Positions 29,732-39,693 of a stretch of 42,478 bases of DNA are shown here, in pieces. Position numbers and translations under genes: made by a program. The DNA lies in the IMG/VR virus record IMGVR_UViG_2698536308_000013; one strand, given 5' to 3'. Numbering within the stretch: position 1 is the stretch's first letter; every line of letters starts with the position of its first letter. The notes below the pieces were generated by a model. The model was given only the letters and a program-made list of their open reading frames with translations. It searched no databases and had not been told where the DNA came from. The stretch comes from a virus. Its lineage: Duplodnaviria > Heunggongvirae > Uroviricota > Caudoviricetes.

Positions 29732-29979
29732 ACTCTCGAGAGTTTTTTGCGGGCGCTTTGCCAGTCCTTGCGAGCCTGTTCAGACGGGAATAAGCCGTAG
29801 CCAGAATTATATACATCACCACTTGCGACCAGTTCTATGCATAAGCGACCGACAGACGCACGACTGATACCTGTTTCATCTGACAACTGCCGAATCGTGA
29901 CCCGACCGTCCTGATGCACGAGTTCCACAATTCGCGTCTTCAGTTCTTCCCGCTGTTCGGGAGTAAAAGGTTTCGCCAT
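29732..29979 (-). CDS. Partial paralogue of the 27352..27783 gene (N-terminal HTH part), 3' end lost in the gap
   Basis: MAKPFTPEQREELKTRIVELVHQDGRVTIRQLSDETGISRASV...; about 85 percent nucleotide similarity to copy 1. Confidence 0.5.
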
Positions 29980-29993
29980 AAATCCTCCTGAAA

Positions 29994-30740
29994 CTACTTA
30001 ACAACCCTCGAATGGCTAACATTCGGACGCCAGCTCTCCCAGTTAAAATTCACCCAGCGCCCGCCGTTCATGACCATGCGATCCATCACCCGCTCGCCGA
30101 GCAATGTTTTCATCACCTCATAGTTCAGGTTTGTCAGCATCCCCACGCTGCGCATCGACGCTGTCCGGCGATCAACAATCTGGTGCAGCACCACCTGCTC
30201 GTTTTTCGTCTCGCGCTGAATGCCAATTTCATCAAGAACCAGCAGATCCACTTCGCACAGCTCCCGCAAAAATTTTTCGCCTGACTGCCCGTCGTCATAG
30301 CTGGCGTGCAGGGCGCTCATAACATCAGCCACGGTAACCACAATCACTGTCTGACCGTCTTTCAGCAGGCGATTCCCGATAGCTGCCGCTAAGTGATTCT
30401 TCCCGGTACCAGGTTTTCCGCTGAACGCAAAATTTGTACACCCGGTCATCAGTTCATCGGCGATGGATTTCGCCTGGCTTAACGCGTATCGCTGGCCGTC
30501 GTTCTGCACCTGGTAATTCGCAAACGAGCATTTACGGTGCAACGGCTGGATGCCTGAGCGATTCAGAATTTTTTCCACCCGCAACTGGCGATTCAGGCGG
30601 TTGATCTCCTCGCTACGTTTCTGGCCTTCAGCAAGTTGCCACTCGCGCCACTCCGCTACCGTTCTGAATGGGGCGGTTACATGTGGCGGGGTCAGTCGGC
30701 GGATGCGTTCCAGAACGCCGCCTGTCGCAATATTTTTCAT
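29994..30740 (-). CDS. ydaV: DnaC-like helicase loader (YdaV-like), copy 2
   Basis: 248 aa, about 95 percent identical to copy 1 with the same Walker motifs. Confidence 0.85.
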   Translation of the reverse strand: MKNIATGGVLERIRRLTPPHVTAPFRTVAEWREWQLAEGQKRSEEINRLNRQLRVEKILNRSGIQPLHRKCSFANYQVQNDGQRYALSQAKSIADELMTGCTNFAFSGKPGTGKNHLAAAIGNRLLKDGQTVIVVTVADVMSALHASYDDGQSGEKFLRELCEVDLLVLDEIGIQRETKNEQVVLHQIVDRRTASMRSVGMLTNLNYEVMKTLLGERVMDRMVMNGGRWVNFNWESWRPNVSHSRVVK

Positions 30741-30746
30741 GGTCCG

Positions 30747-31423
30747 TTACCCCCTGAAGCCTGGCGGGATCGCACTGTCCGGCAACGAGACGGTGTTAAC
30801 CTGTCGGAGCAACGTCTCAGGCCGAACACCTTTCGGCGCGAACAGGCCCTGGTATTCATTGGCGATGCTGTGTCGAATCACCTGCTCAGGTGAAAAACCC
30901 TGCTGGCGGAATTTTTCCAGCTCCCGTATCGCCCCGTTAGCGCCCTGCTCCGTTCGAATCGGTTTTCGCAATGCCTGTCTGAACCGGACCCACTCATGCC
31001 AGAGTGTTTCCGGCAACCAATCGGGCAGCTCAATAGCCTCCGGCTCGAATTTTTTAGACGCTCGTTTTTGGCGAGGGGGAGATCAGTATTTAGATCTTCC
31101 TCTTCCTCTTCCTCTGGTAACGCTTTTTGATCCGTTTGTGTAACGCTGGCAGCGTTACCTTTTCGTTTCAGTTCGCGTATTTTTGTTACTCGCTCGTTTG
31201 TAACCGCCCGTTTTTTTTAGAGCTTTTTCCGTTATGACGTTCAAAGTTAGGTAGAGAAAGCCCTCCGTCATTTTCGACCAGCCATCCAACCTGAATTAAC
31301 GCATCAGCAAAACCAGACATAAAAGTGATGCGATCTATTGCACTTTTTGTAACGCCGCGAGCGTTACAATCTGCATTACCGTCTATCATTTGTTGATCCG
31401 CCCATGCCCAGAAGCGAATAACC
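30747..31423 (-). pseudogene. O-like replication initiator with a different N-terminal domain, 5' end truncated by the IS, probable frame disruption
   Basis: C-terminal 89 aa match the other O-like copies; upstream part (31186..31423) is in another frame; a T8 homopolymer and a CTCTTC x3 repeat lie in between. Confidence 0.5.
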
Positions 31424-31487
31424 TGAGGTAGCCTGAGTTTAACGGACACTCCTTCCTGAAATAGAATGGCATCAGAAGGAGCTAATA

Positions 31488-31790
31488 ATGAGCAGAAAAA
31501 CCCAACGTTACTCTAAAGAGTTCAAAGCCGAAGCTGTCAGAACGGTTCCTGAAAATCAACTTTCGATCAGTGAAGGCGCTTCCCGATTATCTCTTCCTGA
31601 AGGCACTTTAGGACAATGGGTTACCGCCGCCAGAAAAGGGCTCGGTACTCCTGGTTCCCGCACGGTGGCTGAACTGGAATCTGAAATTCTGCAACTGCGT
31701 AAGGCGTTAAATGAAGCTCGCCTTGAGCGAGATATATTAAAAAAAGCAACAGCGTATTTTGCACAGGAGTCGCTGAAAAATACGCGTTAA
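31488..31790 (+). CDS. IS3-family transposase OrfA (HTH)
   Basis: 100 aa ending ...LERDILKKATAYFAQESLKNTR, typical IS3 OrfA leucine-zipper C-terminus. Confidence 0.85.
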   Translation: MSRKTQRYSKEFKAEAVRTVPENQLSISEGASRLSLPEGTLGQWVTAARKGLGTPGSRTVAELESEILQLRKALNEARLERDILKKATAYFAQESLKNTR

Positions 31791-31825
31791 TCGAACAATG
31801 GCGACAACAATTTCCCATTGAAGCG

Positions 31826-32644
31826 ATGTGTCAGGTATTTGGTGTATCCAGGAGCGGTTATTACAACTGGGTACAGCATGAACCCTCAGACAGAAAACAA
31901 AGTGATGAGCGGCTAAAACTGGAGATTAAGGTGGCACATATCCGCACTCGCGAAACATATGGAACCCGGCGGCTCCAGACGGAGCTGGCAGAGAATGGCA
32001 TCATCGTTGGTCGTGACCGACTGGCACGTCTTCGTAAGGAGCTAAGGCTACGCTGTAAGCAGAAACGCAAGTTCAGAGCGACTACGAACTCGAACCACAA
32101 TCTGCCAGTTGCGCCAAATCTGCTGAACCAGACGTTCGCTCCTACAGCACCAAATCAGGTCTGGGTGGCGGACCTGACGTATGTTGCCACACAGGAGGGA
32201 TGGTTGTACCTCGCTGGCATCAAAGATGTTTATACGTGCGAAATTGTCGGCTACGCCATGGGAGAGCGCATGACAAAAGAGCTGACAGGTAAAGCCCTGT
32301 TTATGGCGCTCAGGAGCCAGCGCCCACCTGCCGGGCTAATCCACCACTCTGATCGAGGTTCACAGTACTGCGCATACGATTACCGGGTCATACAGGAGCA
32401 GTCTGGTCTGAAAACATCAATGTCGCGTAAAGGTAACTGTTACGACAACGCTCCGATGGAAAGCTTCTGGGGAACGCTGAAAAATGAGAGCCTGAGCCAC
32501 TATCGTTTTAATAACCGGGATGAAGCCATCTCAGTAATACGGGAATACATTGAGATTTTCTACAATCGTCAGCGTCGTCACTCTCGTCTGGGGAATATCT
32601 CCCCGGCAGCCTTCAGGGAAAAATATCATCAGATGGCTGCTTAA
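31826..32644 (+). CDS. IS3-family transposase OrfB (DDE catalytic domain); frame opens upstream and is normally fused to OrfA by -1 frameshift
   Basis: Contains …VWVADLTYV… and …HSDRGSQY…, consistent with an IS3-family DDE integrase core. Confidence 0.85.
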   Translation: MCQVFGVSRSGYYNWVQHEPSDRKQSDERLKLEIKVAHIRTRETYGTRRLQTELAENGIIVGRDRLARLRKELRLRCKQKRKFRATTNSNHNLPVAPNLLNQTFAPTAPNQVWVADLTYVATQEGWLYLAGIKDVYTCEIVGYAMGERMTKELTGKALFMALRSQRPPAGLIHHSDRGSQYCAYDYRVIQEQSGLKTSMSRKGNCYDNAPMESFWGTLKNESLSHYRFNNRDEAISVIREYIEIFYNRQRRHSRLGNISPAAFREKYHQMAA

Positions 32645-32688
32645 AAAAAGAACAAATGGTAGTGTCCGCTATTGCCAGTACACCTCAN

Positions 32689-32695
32689 NNNNNNC
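32689..32695. other. Assembly gap, 7 N
   Basis: Run of N immediately after the IS right end. Confidence 1.
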
Positions 32696-33547
32696 CCTGA
32701 AGCCTGGCGGGATCGCACTGTCCGGCAACGAGACGGTGTTAACCTGTCGGAGTAACGTCTCAGGTCGAACACCTTTCGGCGCGAACAAGCCCTGGTATTC
32801 ATTGGCGATGCTGTGTCGAATCACCTGCTCAGGTGAAAAACCCTGCTGGCGGAATTTTTCCAGCTCCCGTATCGCCCCGTTAGCGCCCTGCTCCGTTCGA
32901 ATCGGTTTTCGCAATGCCTGGCGAAATTCAACCCACTCACGCCAAAGCGAGACAGAAATCCAGTTCGGCAAAGCAATATCCAGAGGGTCAAACTTTTTGA
33001 CACCTCGATTCCCCCGGGGGGGATTTAGGGGGGGATCTGTTTTTAGATCTTTATCTGTATCTTTATTAGTTGCCTTTGTGTTGACATCATGTTCAAACAC
33101 CACTTCAACATCTGTTTGAACACCTGTTAAATTTCTCTCTTGTTTTGTTTGAACATCTGCTTCCTTTCTGCTTCTTCTGGCCTGAACAGATGCTTTTCCT
33201 GCGGCTGATTTTTTGGTTAATTTTTCCCTGACTGATGCCAGATCTTCCTCAATCCGAAGATGCACCCATTCCTCGCCGTTATCGCAAAAAAACTCCTGCA
33301 AGGATGGTTCAACATCAGCCCATCGCTCGTTAGTCAGACGGGCAATTTTTGCCAGCCTGTTTTTAGGTATTGGCTTTCCTGTTTGCCAGTAATTGAACAT
33401 CAGCAACAAATACGCACCATGCTCCTCTGCTGACAAATGCATGGTGTCAGCCAGGTAATCAGCTATGTACAGTTGCATGTATGGTAATGCGGCCATAATT
33501 GCCCCGTATGATGCTGCCCGGTGGCTTAGAATAAGCACAAACAGCAT
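32696..33547 (-). CDS. ydaU: O-like replication initiator (YdaU-like, DUF1376-type N-terminus), 3' end abuts the N-gap
   Basis: N-terminus MQLYIADYLADTMHLSAEEHGAYLLLMFNYWQTGKPIP fits the DUF1376 pattern; C-terminal block shared with the other two copies; likely start near 33496. Confidence 0.65.
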
Positions 33548-33559
33548 GGAAACTTTTGC

Positions 33560-33982
33560 TTAATGAACAATGACAGAATCGTCGGAAGACCCGCCGCCGC
33601 TGAAATGCGCTTTCCGGTAAACGGCTTGGACTGCATCATCATGCGCATCAATTGCCGTACTTAACGCTTCCTGCGCCGCCAGTAATGCACGGCGTTCCAG
33701 GGTATCGAAGATGCAGAGTCGGTGACGCAGCTCGCGCGGAAGGATTGCCAGAATTGCTGGGATCAGCTTCTGAATTTTTTCTCTTTGCGTTTTCGTTTCA
33801 CCTTTCAACCAACGGTGATAGATATTCTGCTGATTATTCCAGTCCTTGCCTGGTACCAGGGGCAATTCGCCGCCCCCCTGGCGCAGATATTCTTCAGTAA
33901 TGGCATTGGCTACCCATGCCTGCCCTTTTTCGGCTGCCAGGGCTAACAACACTGACTCGATGTGCTCATGCTTGATTTTCAT
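33560..33982 (-). CDS. ydaT: YdaT-like protein, 140 aa
   Basis: Same size and position as Rac YdaT (downstream of ydaS, upstream of ydaU). Confidence 0.65.
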   Translation of the reverse strand: MKIKHEHIESVLLALAAEKGQAWVANAITEEYLRQGGGELPLVPGKDWNNQQNIYHRWLKGETKTQREKIQKLIPAILAILPRELRHRLCIFDTLERRALLAAQEALSTAIDAHDDAVQAVYRKAHFSGGGSSDDSVIVH

Positions 33983-34233
33983 GAATCAACTCCCATCAGC
34001 TTTTTCGTAGTAGTTTTATTTCTGCCAATAGTTAAAATTACATCAGCAGAAAATAATCCGTTTGATGCATGAGCGATTTTTTCAGCGTAATTTGTTTCGC
34101 CGGTATATTCTGTGCGAGGCAATTTTCCGTTATCCATCCATTTGTAGATTGCTCTTTGGCTGACACCACAAACGTCGGCCACAACAGAAACGCGAACAGT
34201 TTTGATTACATCTTCAAGTGTTTTCTGGTTCAT
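33979..34233 (-). CDS. ydaS: Cro-like HTH protein YdaS-like
   Basis: Start at MNQKTLEDV with SD GAGGG; HTH segment VCGVSQRAIYKWMDNGKLP; divergent from the repressor gene. Confidence 0.6.
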   Translation of the reverse strand: MNQKTLEDVIKTVRVSVVADVCGVSQRAIYKWMDNGKLPRTEYTGETNYAEKIAHASNGLFSADVILTIGRNKTTTKKLMGVDS

Positions 34234-34294
34234 ATCACCCTCACAATGTGAACTTTGAGTACATGCTATAACAGAACTGACAGTACATTCAAGA

Positions 34295-34732
34295 GTGAAT
34301 ATCATTGAACTTATGGTTCATGAAGATAAAGCGCGTAAAGAGTTCGCCAGTAGGCTTGCGCTAGCCTGTGAAAACGCTGGTTATGAACAACATGGAAGGC
34401 AGGCAGAAATTGCCCGTCGAATGAAATTAACACCAAAAGCGGTTAGCAAATGGTTTAATGGCGAAACAATTCCTCGCCGAGAGAAATTAAGGGAATTAGC
34501 AACACTCATTGGAACAACACCAACCTATCTTTTGGGAGAGGATACAGAAGAAAGTGGACAGGTACGTTTCTATCAGGAGTTAAATCCAAGACAAAAAATC
34601 ATCATTGACCTTCTGGACGAGCTCCCTGACAGTGAGACAGATGAACTTTTAAAAACTCTTGAGGAGAAAAAACAGAAGTACAATGCAATTTACGAAGAGC
34701 TAGCACGAAAGAAAAAACAAAAAGCCTCTTAA
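34295..34732 (+). CDS. racR: Prophage repressor (XRE-family HTH; position of Rac RacR)
   Basis: HTH QAEIARRMKLTPKAVSKWFNGE; divergent from the ydaS-like gene across a short intergenic region; start GTG 34295 or ATG 34313. Confidence 0.6.
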   Translation: MNIIELMVHEDKARKEFASRLALACENAGYEQHGRQAEIARRMKLTPKAVSKWFNGETIPRREKLRELATLIGTTPTYLLGEDTEESGQVRFYQELNPRQKIIIDLLDELPDSETDELLKTLEEKKQKYNAIYEELARKKKQKAS

Positions 34733-35022
34733 ACCAGCATAAATCCGGTAGCGTCCCCCTCCGGGTTTGTGCTTCACTTTATCCCATCTCATTTTTTTAC
34801 ACACAAAATGTACTTATAGTACTTTACATCAATGAACACAAAGTACATTATATACCTACCAACCCACCCCGCCCCACAGAACGCAGGGCAATACTTCGAG
34901 TTACCAGGCAGTGGTCAGGGGTTAAGTAGCCAGCCCGAGGCGTATGAACATGACGGCAGGGTTCAGATTTTGCAGTGCAGCAGGTTTCAGTTCCGCCACC
35001 CGGCGTTAAGGGGAGAGATAAG

Positions 35023-35157
35023 ATGGTGCATTACGAAGTAGTTCAGTATTTGATGGATTGTTGCGGTATCACTTACAACCAGGCTGTGCAGGCTTTACGC
35101 AGCAACGACTGGGATCTCTGGCAGGCAGAAGTCGCTATACACAGCAACAAGATGTGA
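35023..35157 (+). CDS. Small Rac early protein (ydaF/ydaG-like), 44 aa
   Basis: MVHYEVVQYLMDCCGITYNQAVQALRSNDWDLWQAEVAIHSNKM with SD GGGGAGAG; I cannot assign ydaF versus ydaG from memory. Confidence 0.55.
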   Translation: MVHYEVVQYLMDCCGITYNQAVQALRSNDWDLWQAEVAIHSNKM

Positions 35158-35167
35158 GATTCGCAAA

Positions 35168-35323
35168 ATGCAAAAAATCGACCTCGGCAACAACGAATCC
35201 CTGGTGTGCGGCGTGTTCCCCAACCAGGATGGAACGTTCACTGCCATGACGTATACCAAAAGCAAAACATTTAAAACCGAAACTGGTGCGCGCCGATGGT
35301 TGGAGAAGCACACAGTAAGCTAA
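35168..35323 (+). CDS. Small Rac early protein (ydaF/ydaG-like), 51 aa
   Basis: MQKIDLGNNESLVCGVFPNQDGTFTAMTYTKSKTFKTETGARRWLEKHTVS; below the ORF-track cutoff, found by manual translation. Confidence 0.55.
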   Translation: MQKIDLGNNESLVCGVFPNQDGTFTAMTYTKSKTFKTETGARRWLEKHTVS

Positions 35324-35808
35324 CGATTAAAACGTCTACTCCTGCTGTTCCAGAATAACTTCATAAAATGGGAGTATTTTTCGGTGACGAGATAATAAGA
35401 ACAGTTTGCGCTATCACTCTGATGTTGAATGATGCCCTTCCGTTCTAATTTTTTCATAACCGGGTTACGGCAAGGAGAAGTGATAATAAGATTTCCTGTT
35501 TTAAGGAAATCTTTAAATACAGCGATTTCTTTCTCAGATAAACGAAGCAATACTCGTTGCTCTGGTAGTAATGAATAATGCTTTTGAATATGTGCTCGCA
35601 ATCTTGAGAAGGAAATGGCGACCACGAAAGAAAAGGCAAAAACGATAATCTGAAAGAGCCAAGGTATTTCAGTATAAGCATTGAATGCGACAGTAAACTC
35701 TTTCGGTATCAGCCAGAGAGTGAGACCAAAAATGATAATCGTATACATAAGTATTTCGAGTGGCTCGTTAGCAAAAAGTTTCAACAATGGAGTAAATACA
35801 TCCAACAT
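35320..35808 (-). CDS. sieB: Superinfection exclusion protein SieB
   Basis: 162 aa from MLDVFTPLLKLFANEPLEILMYTIIIFGLTLWLIP, membrane protein, opposite strand to the early operon as in Rac. Confidence 0.8.
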   Translation of the reverse strand: MLDVFTPLLKLFANEPLEILMYTIIIFGLTLWLIPKEFTVAFNAYTEIPWLFQIIVFAFSFVVAISFSRLRAHIQKHYSLLPEQRVLLRLSEKEIAVFKDFLKTGNLIITSPCRNPVMKKLERKGIIQHQSDSANCSYYLVTEKYSHFMKLFWNSRSRRFNR

Positions 35809-36249
35809 ATCAATAACTCTCAACTGTAAGGGTATTGAAATGTTAACACAAGCTCTCGCTGTAGGGGTATAGCCGAGACCACCGAAGCCCGGAGGTGGTG
35901 AAATAAAACCGGGCACAACACGAAGGCGCATTTCCGATATCCATAAAGAGTCGGTCTTGTCTGTTAAATTTAAATGGTGGGAGTGCGCCTCCGGTTGTAA
36001 ATAACGACATTGCTGTGTGTAGTCCTGGCGGCATCAGTTTTTTTCTTGAAGTTCGGCTGATGTCCGCCCTTTTTAAAGTGAATTTTGTGATGCGGTGAAT
36101 GCGGCTAAGCGCACGTGGCACAGTTAAAAGTCATGTTAGTCCTTATTGGTTTGGGTGGGAAAGCCGACTGTAATTGTTAACTGGTTGCAGTCACCTGGAG
36201 GCACCAGGCACCGCATCAACAAAGTTCATTTGTAAAAATGGAGATAATT

Positions 36250-36471
36250 ATGATTGCACATCACTTCGGAACTGATGAAATACCACGTCAGTGTGTGACT
36301 CCTGGCGATTATGTTCTTCATGAAGGCCGGACATATATTGCCTCGGCAAACAATATTAAAAAGCGAAAACTATATATTCGTAACCTGACCACAAAAACAT
36401 GCATTACTGACCGCATGATTAAAGTCTTCCTCGGTCGTGATGGTTTACCTGTAAAGGCGGAGTCATGGTGA
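36250..36471 (+). CDS. kilR: Cell-division inhibitor KilR
   Basis: 73 aa [49 protein letters not shown]..., recalled as Rac KilR. Confidence 0.85.
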   Translation: MIAHHFGTDEIPRQCVTPGDYVLHEGRTYIASANNIKKRKLYIRNLTTKTCITDRMIKVFLGRDGLPVKAESW

Positions 36472-36641
36472 TGACTAAGAAAATAAAATGTGCTTACCAC
36501 CTTTGCAAAAAAGACGTTGAAGAAAGCAAAGCTATTGAAAGAATGCTTCACTTCATGCACGGGATTTTATCAAAAGACGAACCGAGAAAATATTGCAGTG
36601 AAGCTTGTGCCGAAAAAGACCAGATGGCACATGAACTTTAA
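36471..36641 (+). CDS. ydaE: Small zinc-binding protein YdaE
   Basis: 56 aa [14 protein letters not shown]...CSEACAEKDQMAHEL; start overlaps the kilR stop (TGATG). Confidence 0.7.
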   Translation: MTKKIKCAYHLCKKDVEESKAIERMLHFMHGILSKDEPRKYCSEACAEKDQMAHEL

Positions 36642-36715
36642 TTAATTGACTATTCGAAACTGAATTTATGCCAGAAATGGCAGGTATTCGCTCAACCTTA
36701 ATTAAGGAGAAAAAC

Positions 36716-36991
36716 ATGATTACCAATTATGAAGCCACTGTTGTAACTACCGATGACATTGTTCACGAGGTGAATCTGGAAGGAAAGCGCATTGGCTACG
36801 TAATTAAAACAGAAAATAAAGAAACCCCATTCACTGTGGTTGATATCGATGGTCCATCAGGCAACGTAAAAACACTTGATGAAGGTGTCAAAAAAATGTG
36901 CCTGGTGCATATCGGAAAGAATCTGCCCGCAGAAAAAAAAGCCGAATTTCTGGCAACTCTAATTGCAATGAAATTAAAAGGTGAAATCTGA
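36716..36991 (+). CDS. racC: RacC
   Basis: 91 aa from MITNYEATVVTTDDIVHEVNLEGKRIGYV with SD AAGGAG; directly upstream of recE. Confidence 0.8.
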   Translation: MITNYEATVVTTDDIVHEVNLEGKRIGYVIKTENKETPFTVVDIDGPSGNVKTLDEGVKKMCLVHIGKNLPAEKKAEFLATLIAMKLKGEI

Positions 36992-37092
36992 AAGAAATAG
37001 CCTGCGTATGGCGCAGGCTATGAACAGTGTGTATCCGGCAAGATCATTCACTGAACAAAACGAATTTTAATCTGAGTTGAGGTTAAAAAACA

Positions 37093-39693
37093 ATGAGCAC
37101 AAAACCACTCTTCCTGTTACGGAAAGCGAAAAAATCATCCGGTGAACCTGACGTCGTCCTGTGGGCAAGCAACGATTTTGAATCGACCTGTGCCACTCTG
37201 GACTACCTGATCGTTAAGTCAGGTAAAAAACTGAGCAGCTATTTTAAAGCTGTTGCCACGAATTTTCCTGTCGTTAATGACCTGCCCGCTGAAGGTGAGA
37301 TCGATTTTACCTGGAGTGAACGCTATCAACTCAGCAAAGACTCCATGACATGGGAACTAAAACCGGGAGCAGCACCAGACAACGCTCACTATCAAGGCAA
37401 TACCAACGTCAACGGCGAAGACATGACTGAGATTGAGGAGAATATGCTACTCCCAATTTCTGGCCAGGAACTGCCCATTCGTTGGCTTGCTCAACACGGC
37501 AGCGAAAAACCGGTAACGCACGTTTCACGCGACGGACTCCAGGCATTACACATTGCTCGGGCTGAAGAACTACCGGCTGTTACTGCCCTGGCTGTTTCCC
37601 ACAAAACCAGCCTGCTCGACCCGCTGGAAATTCGCGAACTCCACAAACTGGTTCGTGACACTGACAAAGTTTTCCCTAATCCTGGTAATTCAAACCTGGG
37701 ACTGATAACTGCTTTTTTCGAAGCATACCTGAACGCTGACTACACCGATCGAGGACTGCTGACAAAAGAGTGGATGAAGGGTAATCGTGTTTCACACATC
37801 ACTCGCACGGCTTCCGGTGCTAATGCTGGCGGCGGAAACCTCACCGATCGCGGCGAAGGTTTCGTACACGATCTGACGTCACTGGCGCGGGACGTAGCCA
37901 CTGGCGTACTGGCCCGTTCAATGGATCTGGACATCTATAACCTTCATCCGGCACACGCTAAACGCATTGAGGAAATTATCGCTGAAAATAAACCGCCCTT
38001 TTCTGTTTTCCGCGACAAATTCATCACCATGCCTGGCGGGCTGGATTATTCCCGCGCCATCGTGGTTGCGTCCGTAAAAGAAGCACCAATTGGGATCGAG
38101 GTCATCCCCGCGCACGTCACTGAATATCTGAACAAAGTACTGACTGAAACCGATCATGCCAACCCTGATCCGGAAATCGTGGATATTGCCTGCGGTCGCT
38201 CCTCTGCCCCGATGCCGCAGCGAGTAACAGAAGAAGGAAAACAGGATGATGAAGAAAAACCGCAACCATCTGGAACAACGGCAGTTGAACAGGGAGAGGC
38301 TGAAACAATGGAACCGGACGCAACTGAACATCATCAGGACACGCAGCCGCTGGATGCTCAGTCACAGGTAAATTCTGTTGATGCGAAATATCAGGAACTG
38401 CGGGCAGAACTCCATGAAGCCCGGAAAAACATTCCATCAAAAAATCCTGTCGATGCCGATAAATTGCTTGCTGCATCACGTGGTGAATTTGTTGACGGAA
38501 TTAGCGACCCGAACGATCCGAAATGGGTAAAGGGGATCCAGACTCGCGATTGTGTGTACCAGAACCAGCCAGAAACGGAAAAAACCAGCCCGGATATGAA
38601 TCAACCTGAGCCAGTAGTGCAACAGGAACCGGAAATAGCCTGCAATGCCTGCGGCCAGACTGGCGGGGATAACTGCCCTGACTGTGGTGCGGTGATGGGC
38701 GACGCAACATACCAGGAAACATTCGATGAAGAGAGTCAGGTTGAAGCTAAGGAAAATGATCCGGAGGAAATGGAAGGCGCTGAACATCCGCACAATGAGA
38801 ATGCTGGCAGCGATCCGCATCGCGATTGCAGTGATGAAACTGGCGAAGTCGCAGATCCCGTAATCGTAGAAGACATAGAGCCAGGTATTTATTACGGAAT
38901 TTCGAATGAGAATTACCACGCGGGTCCCGGTGTCAGTAAGTCTCAGCTCGATGACATTGCTGATACTCCGGCACTGTATTTGTGGCGTAAAAATGCCCCC
39001 GTGGACACCACAAAGACAAAAACGCTCGATTTAGGAACCGCTTTCCACTGCCGGGTACTTGAGCCGGAAGAATTCAGTAACCGCTTTATCGTAGCACCTG
39101 AATTTAACCGCCGGACAAACTCCGGAAAAGAAGAAGAGAAAGCGTTTCTGAGGGAATGCGCAAGCACAGGAAAAACGGTTATCACTGCCGAAGAAGGCCG
39201 GAAAATTGAACTCATGTATCAGAGCGTTATGGCTTTGCCGCTGGGGCAATGGCTTGTTGAAAGCGCCGGACACGCTGAATCATCAATTTACTGGGAAGAT
39301 CCTGAAACAGCAATTTTGTGTCGGTGCCGTCCGGACAAAATTATCCCTGAATTTCACTGGATCATGGACGTGAAAACTACGGCGGATATTCAACGATTCA
39401 AAACCGCTTATTACGACTACCGCTATCACGTTCAGGATGCATTCTACAGTGACGGTTATGAAGCACAGTTTGGAGTGCAGCCAACTTTCGTTTTTCTGGT
39501 TGCCAGCACAACTATTGAATGCGGACGTTATCCGGTTGAAATTTTCATGATGGGCGAAGAAGCAAAACTGGCAGGTCAGCTGGAATATCACCGCAATCTG
39601 CGAACCCTGGCTGACTGCCTCAATACCGATGAATGGCCAGCTATTAAGACGTTATCACTGCCCCGCTGGGCTAAGGAATATGCAAATGACTAA
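37093..39693 (+). CDS. recE: Exodeoxyribonuclease VIII RecE, full length 866 aa
   Basis: Size matches K-12 RecE; acidic linker; C-terminal nuclease domain; translationally coupled to recT (ATGACTAA overlap). Confidence 0.9.
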   Translation: MSTKPLFLLRKAKKSSGEPDVVLWASNDFESTCATLDYLIVKSGKKLSSYFKAVATNFPVVNDLPAEGEIDFTWSERYQLSKDSMTWELKPGAAPDNAHYQGNTNVNGEDMTEIEENMLLPISGQELPIRWLAQHGSEKPVTHVSRDGLQALHIARAEELPAVTALAVSHKTSLLDPLEIRELHKLVRDTDKVFPNPGNSNLGLITAFFEAYLNADYTDRGLLTKEWMKGNRVSHITRTASGANAGGGNLTDRGEGFVHDLTSLARDVATGVLARSMDLDIYNLHPAHAKRIEEIIAENKPPFSVFRDKFITMPGGLDYSRAIVVASVKEAPIGIEVIPAHVTEYLNKVLTETDHANPDPEIVDIACGRSSAPMPQRVTEEGKQDDEEKPQPSGTTAVEQGEAETMEPDATEHHQDTQPLDAQSQVNSVDAKYQELRAELHEARKNIPSKNPVDADKLLAASRGEFVDGISDPNDPKWVKGIQTRDCVYQNQPETEKTSPDMNQPEPVVQQEPEIACNACGQTGGDNCPDCGAVMGDATYQETFDEESQVEAKENDPEEMEGAEHPHNENAGSDPHRDCSDETGEVADPVIVEDIEPGIYYGISNENYHAGPGVSKSQLDDIADTPALYLWRKNAPVDTTKTKTLDLGTAFHCRVLEPEEFSNRFIVAPEFNRRTNSGKEEEKAFLRECASTGKTVITAEEGRKIELMYQSVMALPLGQWLVESAGHAESSIYWEDPETAILCRCRPDKIIPEFHWIMDVKTTADIQRFKTAYYDYRYHVQDAFYSDGYEAQFGVQPTFVFLVASTTIECGRYPVEIFMMGEEAKLAGQLEYHRNLRTLADCLNTDEWPAIKTLSLPRWAKEYAND

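Larger units (their letters stand above)
31424..32688 (+). mobile_element. IS3-family insertion sequence (IS600-like), 1265 bp
   Basis: Terminal inverted repeats start TGAGGT... and end ...ACACCTCA; orfA plus -1 frame orfB with A7G slippery site; DDE transposase. Confidence 0.8.

Noticed and set aside
28568-30740. Interpreting the two DnaC-like genes as a recent in-place tandem duplication
   Set aside because: Copies differ by about 5 percent, the adjacent HTH gene copies by about 15 percent, and N-gaps fall exactly on repeat edges; a scaffolding join of distinct prophage copies is at least as likely, so I report it as unresolved rather than as a duplication.
29175-33119. Long plus-strand ORFs 29175..29867, 30550..31143 and 32550..33119 with near-identical translations
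   Set aside because: They are antisense to the O-like and DnaC-like genes and simply reflect the repeated DNA; Ser/Arg/Cys-rich composition is typical of shadow ORFs.
35843-36121. 92-aa minus-strand ORF between sieB and kilR
   Set aside because: Lies in the divergent promoter region, has no RBS, and overlaps likely regulatory sequence; no family resemblance.
37740-39591. Multiple minus-strand ORFs inside recE and antisense to it
   Set aside because: They lie entirely within the well-supported recE frame on the opposite strand; composition consistent with antisense artefacts.
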